From a virus (taxonomy: Duplodnaviria > Caudoviricetes): a DNA stretch of 33,093 nucleotides. Each line of letters opens with the position of its first letter. Within the stretch, counting starts at the first letter, position 1. Made by a program: the position numbers and the translations under genes. The notes beneath the pieces were generated by a model. The model saw nothing but the letters and a program-made list of their open reading frames with translations. It searched no databases and had not been told where the DNA came from. The DNA lies in IMG/VR virus record IMGVR_UViG_3300017722_004904, positions 1 to 33,093 of that record, one strand, 5' to 3'. Below are positions 1 to 8,548 of this stretch, in pieces.

Positions 1-1058
1 AAACTATCAGCTAGACTGGGACTAGCGTTATTTATTCTTTCAACGTAAGAAATTGTTGTTTTTTCTGTATTATCTTGGGCTGCTTTTCTTCTGCGTTCAC
101 GCTCGTCATTGGCTTCTTTTTGAACGTCGAGGTTGTTGTAGTTTCTTGTTACTTCGGTGCCGCCTTTTACCCTTAAACGAATATCGTTTTCAAAATCAGA
201 AGCTATTTTTTGCAGTCCTTTAACATCTGAAAAATCAACGCCTTGCTCCTTAGCAAACGACTTCATTTTTTGGGTTGGCGTTACGCCATCGGCTTCAAAT
301 AATTGGTTGTTTACATATTCTTTAAGCAGCTGCGGATTAATAGCGGTGGTCTTTACTCTTTTTGTGCCATCATCAGTTTGATTCGTTTCTGGCTGTAATT
401 TTGTTGAAGCTTCAAGCAATTCTTTGTCTCGATCAAAACGTTGTGTGAAATCGTATTTTTTCATTACGTTTTGAATTTGGTCGTAAGTTTCAAGATCTGT
501 GCTACCATCAGGATTTTTAAAGGCAATCATTGGCATCCCGTTTTCGTCTAACGCTAATAGTTTATTTGCAAATCCTTCTTGGTAATTCTGATCATATTCC
601 GGATTAGCAAATAGTCTACCTTCTGAAATTCCTTTTTTAACTGCCAAATCCCTTTCTGTCAATGATTTTGTCATTGACATCAAATTGTCTGGTAATCTAT
701 TTATGTTGTCTAGTTTAAGAGTTGCTTTAAGTCGGTCTTCATCTGAAGCATTAGGATTATTAATAACAGCCATTAATGGAACGTACTCTTTTTGAGCCTC
801 TAGCAACAAACGACCTTGTACTTCGTTCAAAGATTTTGATCCAGTATCGTAATTAGATAAGGGTTTTACATACTTATCCCAAAGCGCTTTTTTTTCAGCC
901 TCTTTTTTGTCGGCTTTTTGTTGGGCAATTTGATCAACCTGCCTTTTTTCGGCACGTCTTTGAAAACCAAGTTCTTCTTGGGCCAATATATCCTGAGATA
1001 CATCGCCTTGAAGCGGTTTTAGTTGACGGTAAGCGGTAAAAGTTCCTGGTGCTGCCAT
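1..1058 (-). CDS. Putative internal virion/ejection (cargo) protein, 3'-truncated by the window (>350 aa)
   Basis: Not in ORF track. ATG at 1058 overlaps the upstream stop (TAATG). Reads MAAPGTFTAYRQLKPLQGDVSQDILAQEELGFQRRAEKRQ... and the same frame is open at the window edge (...ERINNASPSLADS). Function inferred from position. Confidence 0.8.
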   Translation of the reverse strand, partial: MAAPGTFTAYRQLKPLQGDVSQDILAQEELGFQRRAEKRQVDQIAQQKADKKEAEKKALWDKYVKPLSNYDTGSKSLNEVQGRLLLEAQKEYVPLMAVINNPNASDEDRLKATLKLDNINRLPDNLMSMTKSLTERDLAVKKGISEGRLFANPEYDQNYQEGFANKLLALDENGMPMIAFKNPDGSTDLETYDQIQNVMKKYDFTQRFDRDKELLEASTKLQPETNQTDDGTKRVKTTAINPQLLKEYVNNQLFEADGVTPTQKMKSFAKEQGVDFSDVKGLQKIASDFENDIRLRVKGGTEVTRNYNNLDVQKEANDERERRRKAAQDNTEKTTISYVERINNASPSLADS

Positions 1059-1654
1059 TAATATAAAGGATTAGGTCTCCAGCCAATTGATTCTGGAACA
1101 CTGTTTTTAGACGAAGAGAAATCATTTTTTGTACTAGGTGTTTTAGCAGCTGCTGAATAATTATTAGCAAATGACATAGCTGCAGTTCCCAAGCCTCTTA
1201 TCCCACTCCACATATTCTGTTGTCCTACTTGCATTTGATTGCCAATACCTGCCAAATCCGCAATTTCACGCTCCTCTTTCAGTGAGCGAATGTTTTGGTT
1301 GTCATTTGCAATTGCGTAATCTCTTTTTACAATTTGATCATCTAGGTAAGCGCGAGACTCCATATTAGCGCGATTATTACTTGCTATTATGGCAGGCAAC
1401 ATTGCTGCACCACGGGATCCCATATTTCGGGCCGCCTCAATAGCGTTAGCCGATGCACGCTGACTTTCTTCACGCATCATGTCACTACCCACTGTACTAA
1501 TTGAAATATTTTCAAAAGCATTAGAGTTGTCTAAATCCTGACGGTTATAATTATTCAATGCGTTCTTAGCATCTTTTTGCTGTTTAGCGCCTTGAAAAGC
1601 TTGAAATCCAGCCATTCCTACACCGATTGCAGCAGTTGTGATAGCAGCGGCCAT
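1058..1654 (-). CDS. Putative ejection/internal virion protein (198 aa)
   Basis: Ala/Gly-rich hydrophobic N-terminus followed by Q/N/A-rich helical region, typical of small podophage ejection proteins; lies downstream of nozzle and GNAT-like genes. Confidence 0.7.
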   Translation of the reverse strand: MAAAITTAAIGVGMAGFQAFQGAKQQKDAKNALNNYNRQDLDNSNAFENISISTVGSDMMREESQRASANAIEAARNMGSRGAAMLPAIIASNNRANMESRAYLDDQIVKRDYAIANDNQNIRSLKEEREIADLAGIGNQMQVGQQNMWSGIRGLGTAAMSFANNYSAAAKTPSTKNDFSSSKNSVPESIGWRPNPLY

Positions 1655-1693
1655 AATATTTTATTTATGTTAATAATAGCAAAAAACTATAAT

Positions 1694-1766
1694 AAACACA
1701 AATGTAATAAATATTTAGTATCAATTGTTTATGTTTTAAATATAAAGTTTTTATACTTTTGAAAAA
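1694..1766. promoter_or_regulatory. Divergent promoter module, copy 1 (73 bp)
   Basis: -7 boxes TACATTTG (minus, 1699-1706) and TACTTTTG (plus, 1754-1761); palindrome TTTATGTT-TTA-AATATAAA at 1728-1746; 66/73 identical to 10139-10211. Confidence 0.8.
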
Positions 1767-1774
1767 TAAACGGA

Positions 1775-1848
1775 GAAACATTAGCTCAGTTGGTAGAGCC
1801 GTTAGCGAAAGCATAACGTGGTCTTGGGTTCGATTCCCAAATGTTTCA
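1775..1848 (+). tRNA. tRNA-like element (pseudo-tRNA) with non-canonical anticodon arm
   Basis: Acceptor GAAACAT/ATGTTTC; D arm GCTC-AGTTGGTA-GAGC; T arm TTGGG-TTCGATT-CCCAA; anticodon arm GTTAGC-GAAA-GCATAAC lacks U33 and folds best as a GNRA tetraloop; no encoded CCA. Confidence 0.75.
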
Positions 1849-2145
1849 CAAAATTGTTCATTGACGTATTACAAGTTTTTGTTTGGACCGGGGTTCGAAA
1901 CCCCGCCTCTCCACAAATCGCTCGCCACGATGTAAGTTTCTTTGTTCTTTAAAAATAAAGTGGTGGAGTCACCGAGTTATCGGTTGACCTAAATTTGAGT
2001 AGAGTATAAACTACGGTTAAGCCAATGCGAATAAAAACATGATTTGGTGGGTAGGCTATGCCTTCAAAAGAAGTTAGCCAAATGGGGAGGAATGGCTTTG
2101 ACAGCAATACACGAGTAGTACAGAGAACTTTTTTATTTTTTAAAC

Positions 2146-2193
2146 GGCAAATTAATTAGCCTTAACAACACTGAGCTTAGAGCTGCAGCGTAG
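2146..2193 (+). other. tmRNA proteolysis-tag reading frame (A)GKLISLNNTELRAAA*
   Basis: TAAAC immediately precedes the GGC resume codon; 15 codons ending GCT GCA GCG TAG; C-terminal Ala-Ala as in ssrA degrons. Confidence 0.85.
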
Positions 2194-2204
2194 TTACGAA
2201 ACTT

Positions 2205-2231
2205 GGGAGAGCGTAAATCTCCCTTTTTTTT
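2205..2231 (+). terminator. Intrinsic terminator of the RNA operon
   Basis: GGGAGA-GCGTAAA-TCTCCC followed by T8. Confidence 0.85.
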
Positions 2232-2250
2232 GATTTAAACCTTTATTTTT

Positions 2251-2577
2251 ATGATAAAACTATTCAACAAATTAATGTACTATTTTGGGTATGCTCCAAT
2301 AAAAATAAGCCATGAAGTAAAATACCATATCGTAGAACGAGAGATAAAGTTTCAAAAATTGAAAAAAGAAATATCAGTTCCTTACCATGATTTTACTTAT
2401 TTAACAGATATAGGTATCAAAGAAAGAGTTCTAAATGCAGCAAAAAATGAATTAGTAAAACAACTAGTTCACAATTCTGAACCATATATTCATTTTACTA
2501 GAATAGATGATGTGTTAAATAGAAAAATCAACTTTGAAGCTACATTTCTTGTAGGTACTAATCCAGATCTAAAATAA
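2251..2577 (+). CDS. Hypothetical protein (108 aa)
   Basis: ATG-started ORF filling the gap before a bidirectional terminator. Confidence 0.7.
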   Translation: MIKLFNKLMYYFGYAPIKISHEVKYHIVEREIKFQKLKKEISVPYHDFTYLTDIGIKERVLNAAKNELVKQLVHNSEPYIHFTRIDDVLNRKINFEATFLVGTNPDLK

Positions 2578-2625
2578 ATTAAGTATTGCATAGTGCTTAT
2601 AATTCGGAGGTTATTCTCCATCACT

Positions 2626-2655
2626 AAAACCAAAGTTATGACCTTTGGTTTTTTT
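2626..2655. terminator. Bidirectional terminator between convergent genes
   Basis: AAAACCAAAG-TTATGAC-CTTTGGTTTT plus T run. Confidence 0.75.
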
Positions 2656-3064
2656 ATGTTAAAACCATAACCATTTCATCTACTTTAATACTGCCATTAG
2701 AAAATCCTACCTCCGAGTAGGATTTTTTTAGGTTTTGATTTTTTACAACAGTGTAAATGTATTTACTGCCTTTTCTTCTAGCAAGTTCCGTTAACTCTAT
2801 GATCAATATTTTAATTGCTTCTTTGCGGCCTTCTTTGTCTTTGTACTCAAAATTTGAAATAATAAATTCACTCCACGCAACAGCACTATTGGTGAAATAA
2901 ATAAAACCAGCAACTACCGGAACTCCATCTATTTCAACCATTAATCCACCGGTTCCGTTTTCTGGCAAAAAATCGCGTGGAGGTGCAGGAAACCGAAAAG
3001 CTTTCCACCATCCACACAGCACATTATAATCTGATTCTACTAAATATCTTATTTTTATACTCAT
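2654..3064 (-). CDS. GNAT-fold virion assembly protein (positionally like T7 gp13 / P22 gp14)
   Basis: GNAT-like pattern (IR.L...DY; VAGFIY; LTELARRKGSKYIYTVV; YSEVGF); located between nozzle and ejection genes. Confidence 0.65.
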   Translation of the reverse strand: MSIKIRYLVESDYNVLCGWWKAFRFPAPPRDFLPENGTGGLMVEIDGVPVVAGFIYFTNSAVAWSEFIISNFEYKDKEGRKEAIKILIIELTELARRKGSKYIYTVVKNQNLKKSYSEVGFSNGSIKVDEMVMVLT

Positions 3065-3068
3065 TACC

Positions 3069-3806
3069 CTATTGACCTAAAGTAATACCTGATTTTACAG
3101 CATTAGTATTTACGGCAAATAGTTCTACTTGCTCATTATCATTATTTTCAAGATCTACTTGCATGTAGTAGCCTCTAATTTCTCCGCCTTCAATGCGTGC
3201 ATCTTTTTTAGAGAAACTAAAAAAACCAACGCTAGGAGGCGTAATAATTGTATCAACAGTAACAATGTTGTTAATGATACTAATAATCGTTCCTATGGCT
3301 TCATTTTCACCTCCGTTAAGCTGATATAGAACATCACCAGTACTGACAAAACTTGAAATAGAATTAAAAGTAATTTGATTGCCAATCACGTTTTGAATAA
3401 CTCCAATTCCTTGAACTGCATTACCATGAAAATCATTAGGGTTTTCATTTTTACGAATGTACGCAAAGTGACGGCTTTCTCTTTGGTCAAACTCAGTACT
3501 GCTAATAGTGCTGTTTGCCATGTTCGTATTTACGTTTACATGCCAAGGTCTATTTCCTTCAAGTACAATGGTTTTGAAAATTTTATCTTCTCCATTAGCC
3601 TCATTAAAAACCATACTGATTTTAGAAGGATATTTAGTCCCGTAAAATGTATTTTTATTTCCTTCTTCGTCATTATGCAAGTACAATTGTCCGTTTTGAA
3701 TAGAGTAAAAACGGTTATTTAGTTTTAGCATTAGATCAGGAATGAAGCTCCAAAATGAAGTCCAGCCTTTTGTTTTTTCGCTATGTGATAAAGTATGCTC
3801 TGCCAT
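3069..3806 (-). CDS. Tail nozzle/stabilisation protein, separate C-terminal subunit (245 aa)
   Basis: Begins TLSHSEKTKGWTSFWSFIP and contains NTFYG, KIFKTI and IRGYY motifs resembling the C-terminal part of crAss-like stabilisation proteins. Confidence 0.65.
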   Translation of the reverse strand: MAEHTLSHSEKTKGWTSFWSFIPDLMLKLNNRFYSIQNGQLYLHNDEEGNKNTFYGTKYPSKISMVFNEANGEDKIFKTIVLEGNRPWHVNVNTNMANSTISSTEFDQRESRHFAYIRKNENPNDFHGNAVQGIGVIQNVIGNQITFNSISSFVSTGDVLYQLNGGENEAIGTIISIINNIVTVDTIITPPSVGFFSFSKKDARIEGGEIRGYYMQVDLENNDNEQVELFAVNTNAVKSGITLGQ

Positions 3807-3823
3807 AATTGTATTTTTAAATA

Positions 3824-6800
3824 TTAAGAAACTGAACGTGTTTGATTAGTACATAAACGAATCAAATCCCAAGCGGTTCCTTGTATTCCAGTAACTCTTA
3901 CAATTACTGAAGTTGCAACATTGTAATCAGCTGCAGTATAAACGAACCAAATTAATTGTTGCTTTGTTCTTGTAACATCAGTAATACCAGTTTCTGCAAG
4001 AAAAACGGCTGCTCTTGTTGGTATAGTTCCTTTTGATGTCCCTATAAATTGGTCTGTCGCGGCAGCCTGCGCACCAGTAGGAACAGTAGGATTGCCATAC
4101 AAATCATCAAAAGGGCCTGAGTTTGAAACAGTCATTCCTGAAGTAGCTTTTTTAACTCCATTATGAATGATTTCCAATTTGTCTACAACTCCTTGCGCGT
4201 TAAAGTCCATAATAACAATTCCTCCCGCTGGGTTTTCTAAAGCAATAGTGTATTCTGTTACTCCTTCGCCTCCAGAAGAAGCCGAGGCGCTACAAGGAAT
4301 TGTTGGCAATGTTTCTTTTGGATTTACAGTAATGTTTATTGTGGCAGTGCTAGAACATGTACCATTGCTTACTTGATAAAGAATTGTATCTGTTAGCGTC
4401 TCGGTACCATTGTGAGTATAGGTAATTGTATTGTTTAAATTCACAATTGCGGTTCCATTTACCGGTGGCGTTACTATTGTAACAATAGGCGAAACAATAG
4501 CTTCGTCATTTGCTAAAACATTAATATCGCCTGAGTCTTCATTATCTACTGTTATGCTGTCGTTAACCAAAATTGGTTTTCTGTTGGTATAATCCCAAAT
4601 AAGATACAATATTTGATCAGGTTCCGTTCTATTAAAAAGAAAACTAGCTGATTTTGCCTCAAAGAAACCAGGTTCATTAATCTCAGAAATACTTAAAAAT
4701 GTTGCAGCTGATAATATCGCATCAATATCCAATTCTGAATAAACTACGTCAGATACTAAGTAGCCAATTCTATTACATTCTGAAAGTAAAAAAGATCCAG
4801 AAGCAAGACTATCTTTGAACGACTCAATTGTAAAAACCGAATTATTCAACGGGAACTTACCAACTCCCTCGATACCACTTTCAACAAAAAATTTACTCAC
4901 CGGTAAATCACTAAACAAATCGTCAGTACTGTATAATGAAGAATTACCCCACTTAAATCTATTGGTAATATTTTTCCCTTCGTCTTCCGGATCGTTTACA
5001 ACAATGCTTACTATTTTTAACTCTGATCCAGTTGGGCAGCTATTGGCAATTTCATAATTAATAGAGCTTGATACTGCCGTAATAGTTACGGTTACAATAT
5101 TCTCTAACAAGCTAGTTCTATTGAATGTAATATTCCCTATTCCGTTTACATTAGAAACTACGTGGTTTATACCATCAAATACTGCTTGTATTGTTGCATT
5201 ACCTGCAGTAATATTGTAATTAAGTACAACATCGCCACTAAGTCCATTCAACTTTAATTGATAAGTGAAACTACCATTTTGAGAATTTTTTATAATAGTA
5301 TTGTTGCATTGTAATTCTAGAATTTTTTCAGGCTCATTCCCAATAGAAACAAAATACTGTTTACTGTAAGGATCAAAACCGCCTAGTTTTTTTGAGTTAG
5401 GTTGTGTTCTAAAAATATCACGAAACCAATCTACCATGCCATCAACAATATCAGTAGTGCCATCAATTGACAAGCGAACGATACTCCCTTGCTTGGTATT
5501 AGCATAATACAATTGATAATCATTCTCAGCAAAACTCTCTGGGTTTTTGCCAATACCATTATCTCCTAAATAAGTAACCTCTGGACCAAGTACTTTGTCG
5601 TTAGAACTAACGTTTGAAGTGCCGTCAGCATTATAAAGCAATCCTTTTTCAAACATTACTTTTGAAGCCTTGTATTCTTTTAAAACTAAAATATCGTTAT
5701 CACGACTGTGTAATTTTTGTATTGACCCGTATTGTTTGTCCAACTCTTTGTAATTCAATGTAGCTGTATTAAAAACATTCAATCCATTAATGTTGCTGCT
5801 CTCTACATACGGTTCGCTATATATTAAATCAGCATAACGTCTGACTGCCTTGTATTTTTCTACTGTGACAATTGACGGTCTTAAATCAATGTTCAAATAA
5901 GGTTTATTAAAAGCATCTTTTACAATATAACTTTCAGCTCCGTTACCCATATTGTAACAATTGAAAAAGTCTAAGTCAATCTCTGCGGGCAACAAGTTAG
6001 TTTGGTTTTGTAAATTACCTTGATGTCTTCCGTTTAATATTTCAAATGTTTGAGCTGTTTGATAAAAAACTTCCTGATCTACTGCTTTTTTCTCTTCTGT
6101 CTCAAAAATGAGTATTCCTTCTGAAAAAACAACTTGAAAGCTAACTGTTGTACCAATATTCCTAGATGCGGTTCCGTCCCTATGAGACCAAACATAAAAC
6201 TGTTCGCCTTGTGGTGTAAATCCATATTCACGAGTAAAATCATCCCCAAATTTACCCAATGTAATTACTTCGGCATCATACCATTCTTTAATGCTGTCAT
6301 AGTTACTTTTTACTTTAAAATCTTTTTCATAAATTTCCTCATAAGCAATATTTCCTTTAGCTTGAAATTTTATAAAAATCTTCACAGAACTTCCCGCACT
6401 TAATTTATACGGAACAAAATCAGTACTAGCTACGCTACCAGTTCCAAAAGAAGGACTTGTATAAGTTTTTCCAGTGTAGCGCAAGTGTGAGGATCCTTCA
6501 AATGATTTTGAAACGGCACTTGTTAAATTCATATTAATACTCACTGGTTTGATCTTCATGTATCTTCCAGCTTCTTTGATAATGGTATCGGCTTCGGTAT
6601 CAACTTTTCGGTCGATAGTCGTTATTTCTAATACCCTAACTTTAACAACCTCTTCTAGTGGACCACTAACATCTGACTTGACAATTAATATATCACCTTC
6701 TTTAACTTTATCACGGTTTGAACCTTCTAGTTTGACCCAACGAAACAAGCCTTCAATATAAAAAATAGAGGCATATATAGTTTGGTATTCCAATGTTTTT

Positions 6801-8548
6801 TGCTTTACAACAATTTTATAGCGATCAGCAAATGCTGGAGGTAAATGATTTACGGAAACCTTTATCCTGTTTTTAAAAAGCAACAGTGATTGTGGAATAA
6901 ATATTGTGTTTTTTAATTGAGTGAGCACCGTTGTTTCGCGGTTAAAATCATCTAAGTAAACAAAACCTATTTCAAGGCTTCTATTCGTTTTTACGGATGA
7001 AGAAAAACCTATTTTATAATATGAAACAACAGTGCTGTTTTTAAAACTCCAATTTACATCTTGATTAGTGCTACCAACGGTAAAAACTAATGCAATTGAT
7101 TTTACAGCTATACTTGTGCTGCTATAGCTATCAATCGTAAAAGTAGTATTTGAAGTTAAAACAGCTCCTGGAATATCTGTTATTTTATAGTTCTTTAAAA
7201 ATACCTCGGTTATGTAGTCCTCAATAAAAAAAATAAAATCTTCATCTTGTGCTAATTCAGCAGCATTATTAAAATCTTTTAATAATAGGAAAGAAAAATT
7301 TTCGTTAAAATTACTTGGTGGTGTTTGAGTGCTGTCTAAACTTAAAAATAAAGTAATTCTGTTGTCCTTTTTTAAGGTGTTTTGACCAAAATCAAAACTA
7401 AAAACGTTATTAGTGACTCCCCCAGAATTTGTATAAGATACTGGAATAGAAACCCCTTGTAAGCTATCTGAAATTACAGAAAGATTGTAATTAAGTTTTA
7501 CTTTCTTGTTATTAGCATCTATTAAATTATAGCCCTCTTCAAAGTTACCCATTACAATTCTATTTCCAATAACTGTTTGTGCTTTTGCTTTTAAAGGGAT
7601 ATTATCAAATGATCTAAATAATTCTAGTTCAGGTAATACCATGTAATTTTTGTCATTTGAAAAAACAAAACTTCTTGCTTCATTGTTTCCCCATCCTTCG
7701 TCTAGTTTATTGAAGGTTTCAATAATGTAAAGATTATTGGAATTACTACCTTTTGCTACGCATTGAATATCCGTTACACGCTTATCTCCAGTATTAATTG
7801 TTACTCTTACAGAATTATAAGAGTTTACCATTCCAAGGTTATCAAGAACTTCAAAATCAAGTCTAAAAAGTCCAGGATAAAAAACATAATTAGAATAAGA
7901 AGACAAAGCAGAATACTCTCCATTCAAATATTTATAGCGGTAACTAAATGAAAGTAACTTTTCCTCAATACTATTGCCTCCATTGCTTATTAAAACGGGA
8001 GCTACTGCAGGAGCAAAACGAGGTGGTTTTTTTATTAAAAAAATATCCTCTTTATCAAAACCGTTTAATCCGTATGCCTTGGCCATTTCAATATTAAAAC
8101 ATAGCGGCTGCATATTATCATCGTTCATAGCGATTAAATCCCTTGAAGGATCTCCGCTTAAAATTTTGTTGATAGCAGTAACAAAATTAGTATCTTTCAA
8201 ATCAAATACGCGAGCACTGCCAATACGCGTGTCTTCTAAAACTTTTGATACAGCAGCATTAACAGCATCGTATTCTAAAAGGTAACTACCAATATCCGAC
8301 TTGATCAACCAATACAATTTTTGAGTTGCTTCGTCAGCAAAACCGCCAAGGCAAATAGGATTAGTTCCAAAATTAATATTGGTTAATTTTTTATTTGGCA
8401 ATGTATTTTGAACAGCGCCTACATCAGATCCTTCAGAATGTAATACCAAAACGTTTTCCGCATGACGGTAATCTCCATCTTGATGCAAACGTTCATCAAC
8501 GTCTTTATTCATTCTTCCCGAAAGAAAATTTCTTCTTAGGTTAGCCAT
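3824..8548 (-). CDS. Tail nozzle/stabilisation protein (P22 gp10-like) with C-terminal Ig/cadherin-like extension (1574 aa)
   Basis: N-terminal F..GRMNKDVDERL...GDYRHAEN; FSYRYKY..GEYSALS; NRIVMGNF; YGSIQKL; GIGKNPESFA; Big_9-like motif INVLAND...P.NGT...TITYTHNG. Confidence 0.8.
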   Translation of the reverse strand: MANLRRNFLSGRMNKDVDERLHQDGDYRHAENVLVLHSEGSDVGAVQNTLPNKKLTNINFGTNPICLGGFADEATQKLYWLIKSDIGSYLLEYDAVNAAVSKVLEDTRIGSARVFDLKDTNFVTAINKILSGDPSRDLIAMNDDNMQPLCFNIEMAKAYGLNGFDKEDIFLIKKPPRFAPAVAPVLISNGGNSIEEKLLSFSYRYKYLNGEYSALSSYSNYVFYPGLFRLDFEVLDNLGMVNSYNSVRVTINTGDKRVTDIQCVAKGSNSNNLYIIETFNKLDEGWGNNEARSFVFSNDKNYMVLPELELFRSFDNIPLKAKAQTVIGNRIVMGNFEEGYNLIDANNKKVKLNYNLSVISDSLQGVSIPVSYTNSGGVTNNVFSFDFGQNTLKKDNRITLFLSLDSTQTPPSNFNENFSFLLLKDFNNAAELAQDEDFIFFIEDYITEVFLKNYKITDIPGAVLTSNTTFTIDSYSSTSIAVKSIALVFTVGSTNQDVNWSFKNSTVVSYYKIGFSSSVKTNRSLEIGFVYLDDFNRETTVLTQLKNTIFIPQSLLLFKNRIKVSVNHLPPAFADRYKIVVKQKTLEYQTIYASIFYIEGLFRWVKLEGSNRDKVKEGDILIVKSDVSGPLEEVVKVRVLEITTIDRKVDTEADTIIKEAGRYMKIKPVSINMNLTSAVSKSFEGSSHLRYTGKTYTSPSFGTGSVASTDFVPYKLSAGSSVKIFIKFQAKGNIAYEEIYEKDFKVKSNYDSIKEWYDAEVITLGKFGDDFTREYGFTPQGEQFYVWSHRDGTASRNIGTTVSFQVVFSEGILIFETEEKKAVDQEVFYQTAQTFEILNGRHQGNLQNQTNLLPAEIDLDFFNCYNMGNGAESYIVKDAFNKPYLNIDLRPSIVTVEKYKAVRRYADLIYSEPYVESSNINGLNVFNTATLNYKELDKQYGSIQKLHSRDNDILVLKEYKASKVMFEKGLLYNADGTSNVSSNDKVLGPEVTYLGDNGIGKNPESFAENDYQLYYANTKQGSIVRLSIDGTTDIVDGMVDWFRDIFRTQPNSKKLGGFDPYSKQYFVSIGNEPEKILELQCNNTIIKNSQNGSFTYQLKLNGLSGDVVLNYNITAGNATIQAVFDGINHVVSNVNGIGNITFNRTSLLENIVTVTITAVSSSINYEIANSCPTGSELKIVSIVVNDPEDEGKNITNRFKWGNSSLYSTDDLFSDLPVSKFFVESGIEGVGKFPLNNSVFTIESFKDSLASGSFLLSECNRIGYLVSDVVYSELDIDAILSAATFLSISEINEPGFFEAKSASFLFNRTEPDQILYLIWDYTNRKPILVNDSITVDNEDSGDINVLANDEAIVSPIVTIVTPPVNGTAIVNLNNTITYTHNGTETLTDTILYQVSNGTCSSTATINITVNPKETLPTIPCSASASSGGEGVTEYTIALENPAGGIVIMDFNAQGVVDKLEIIHNGVKKATSGMTVSNSGPFDDLYGNPTVPTGAQAAATDQFIGTSKGTIPTRAAVFLAETGITDVTRTKQQLIWFVYTAADYNVATSVIVRVTGIQGTAWDLIRLCTNQTRSVS

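Larger units (their letters stand above)
1849..2231 (+). ncRNA. ssrA: Circularly permuted (two-piece) tmRNA gene
   Basis: 3' tRNA half comes first: T arm CGGGG-TTCGAAA-CCCCG, then CCTCTCC-A (1889-1913). 5' half comes later: GGGGAGG-AATGGCTTTGAC (2084-2102). Acceptor stem is 7 bp with G3.U70. Helix 2 GTATTAC(1866-1872)/GTAGTAC(2115-2121). Tag frame and terminator follow. Confidence 0.9.

Noticed and set aside
934-1170. 78-aa minus-strand ORF in the track
   Set aside because: Out-of-frame overlap of two better genes joined by TAATG at 1058
1801-1817. Calling the tRNA-like element a functional tRNA-Phe (GAA or AAA)
   Set aside because: No U33, mismatched closing pair, and GAA is not centred in a 7-nt loop
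1886-1916. tRNA 3'-end fragment as a prophage att site
   Set aside because: Its acceptor strand pairs with GGGGAGG at 2084 and helix 2 and a tag frame are present, so tmRNA explains it; no integrase nearby
1987-2054. Annotating a bona fide pistol or HDV-like ribozyme
   Set aside because: Motif order is suggestive but the pseudoknot and P2 pairings are incomplete by eye; kept only as a hypothesis
2581-2620. Two small hairpins after the 108-aa gene
   Set aside because: Short stems, compatible with chance or simple 3' UTR structure
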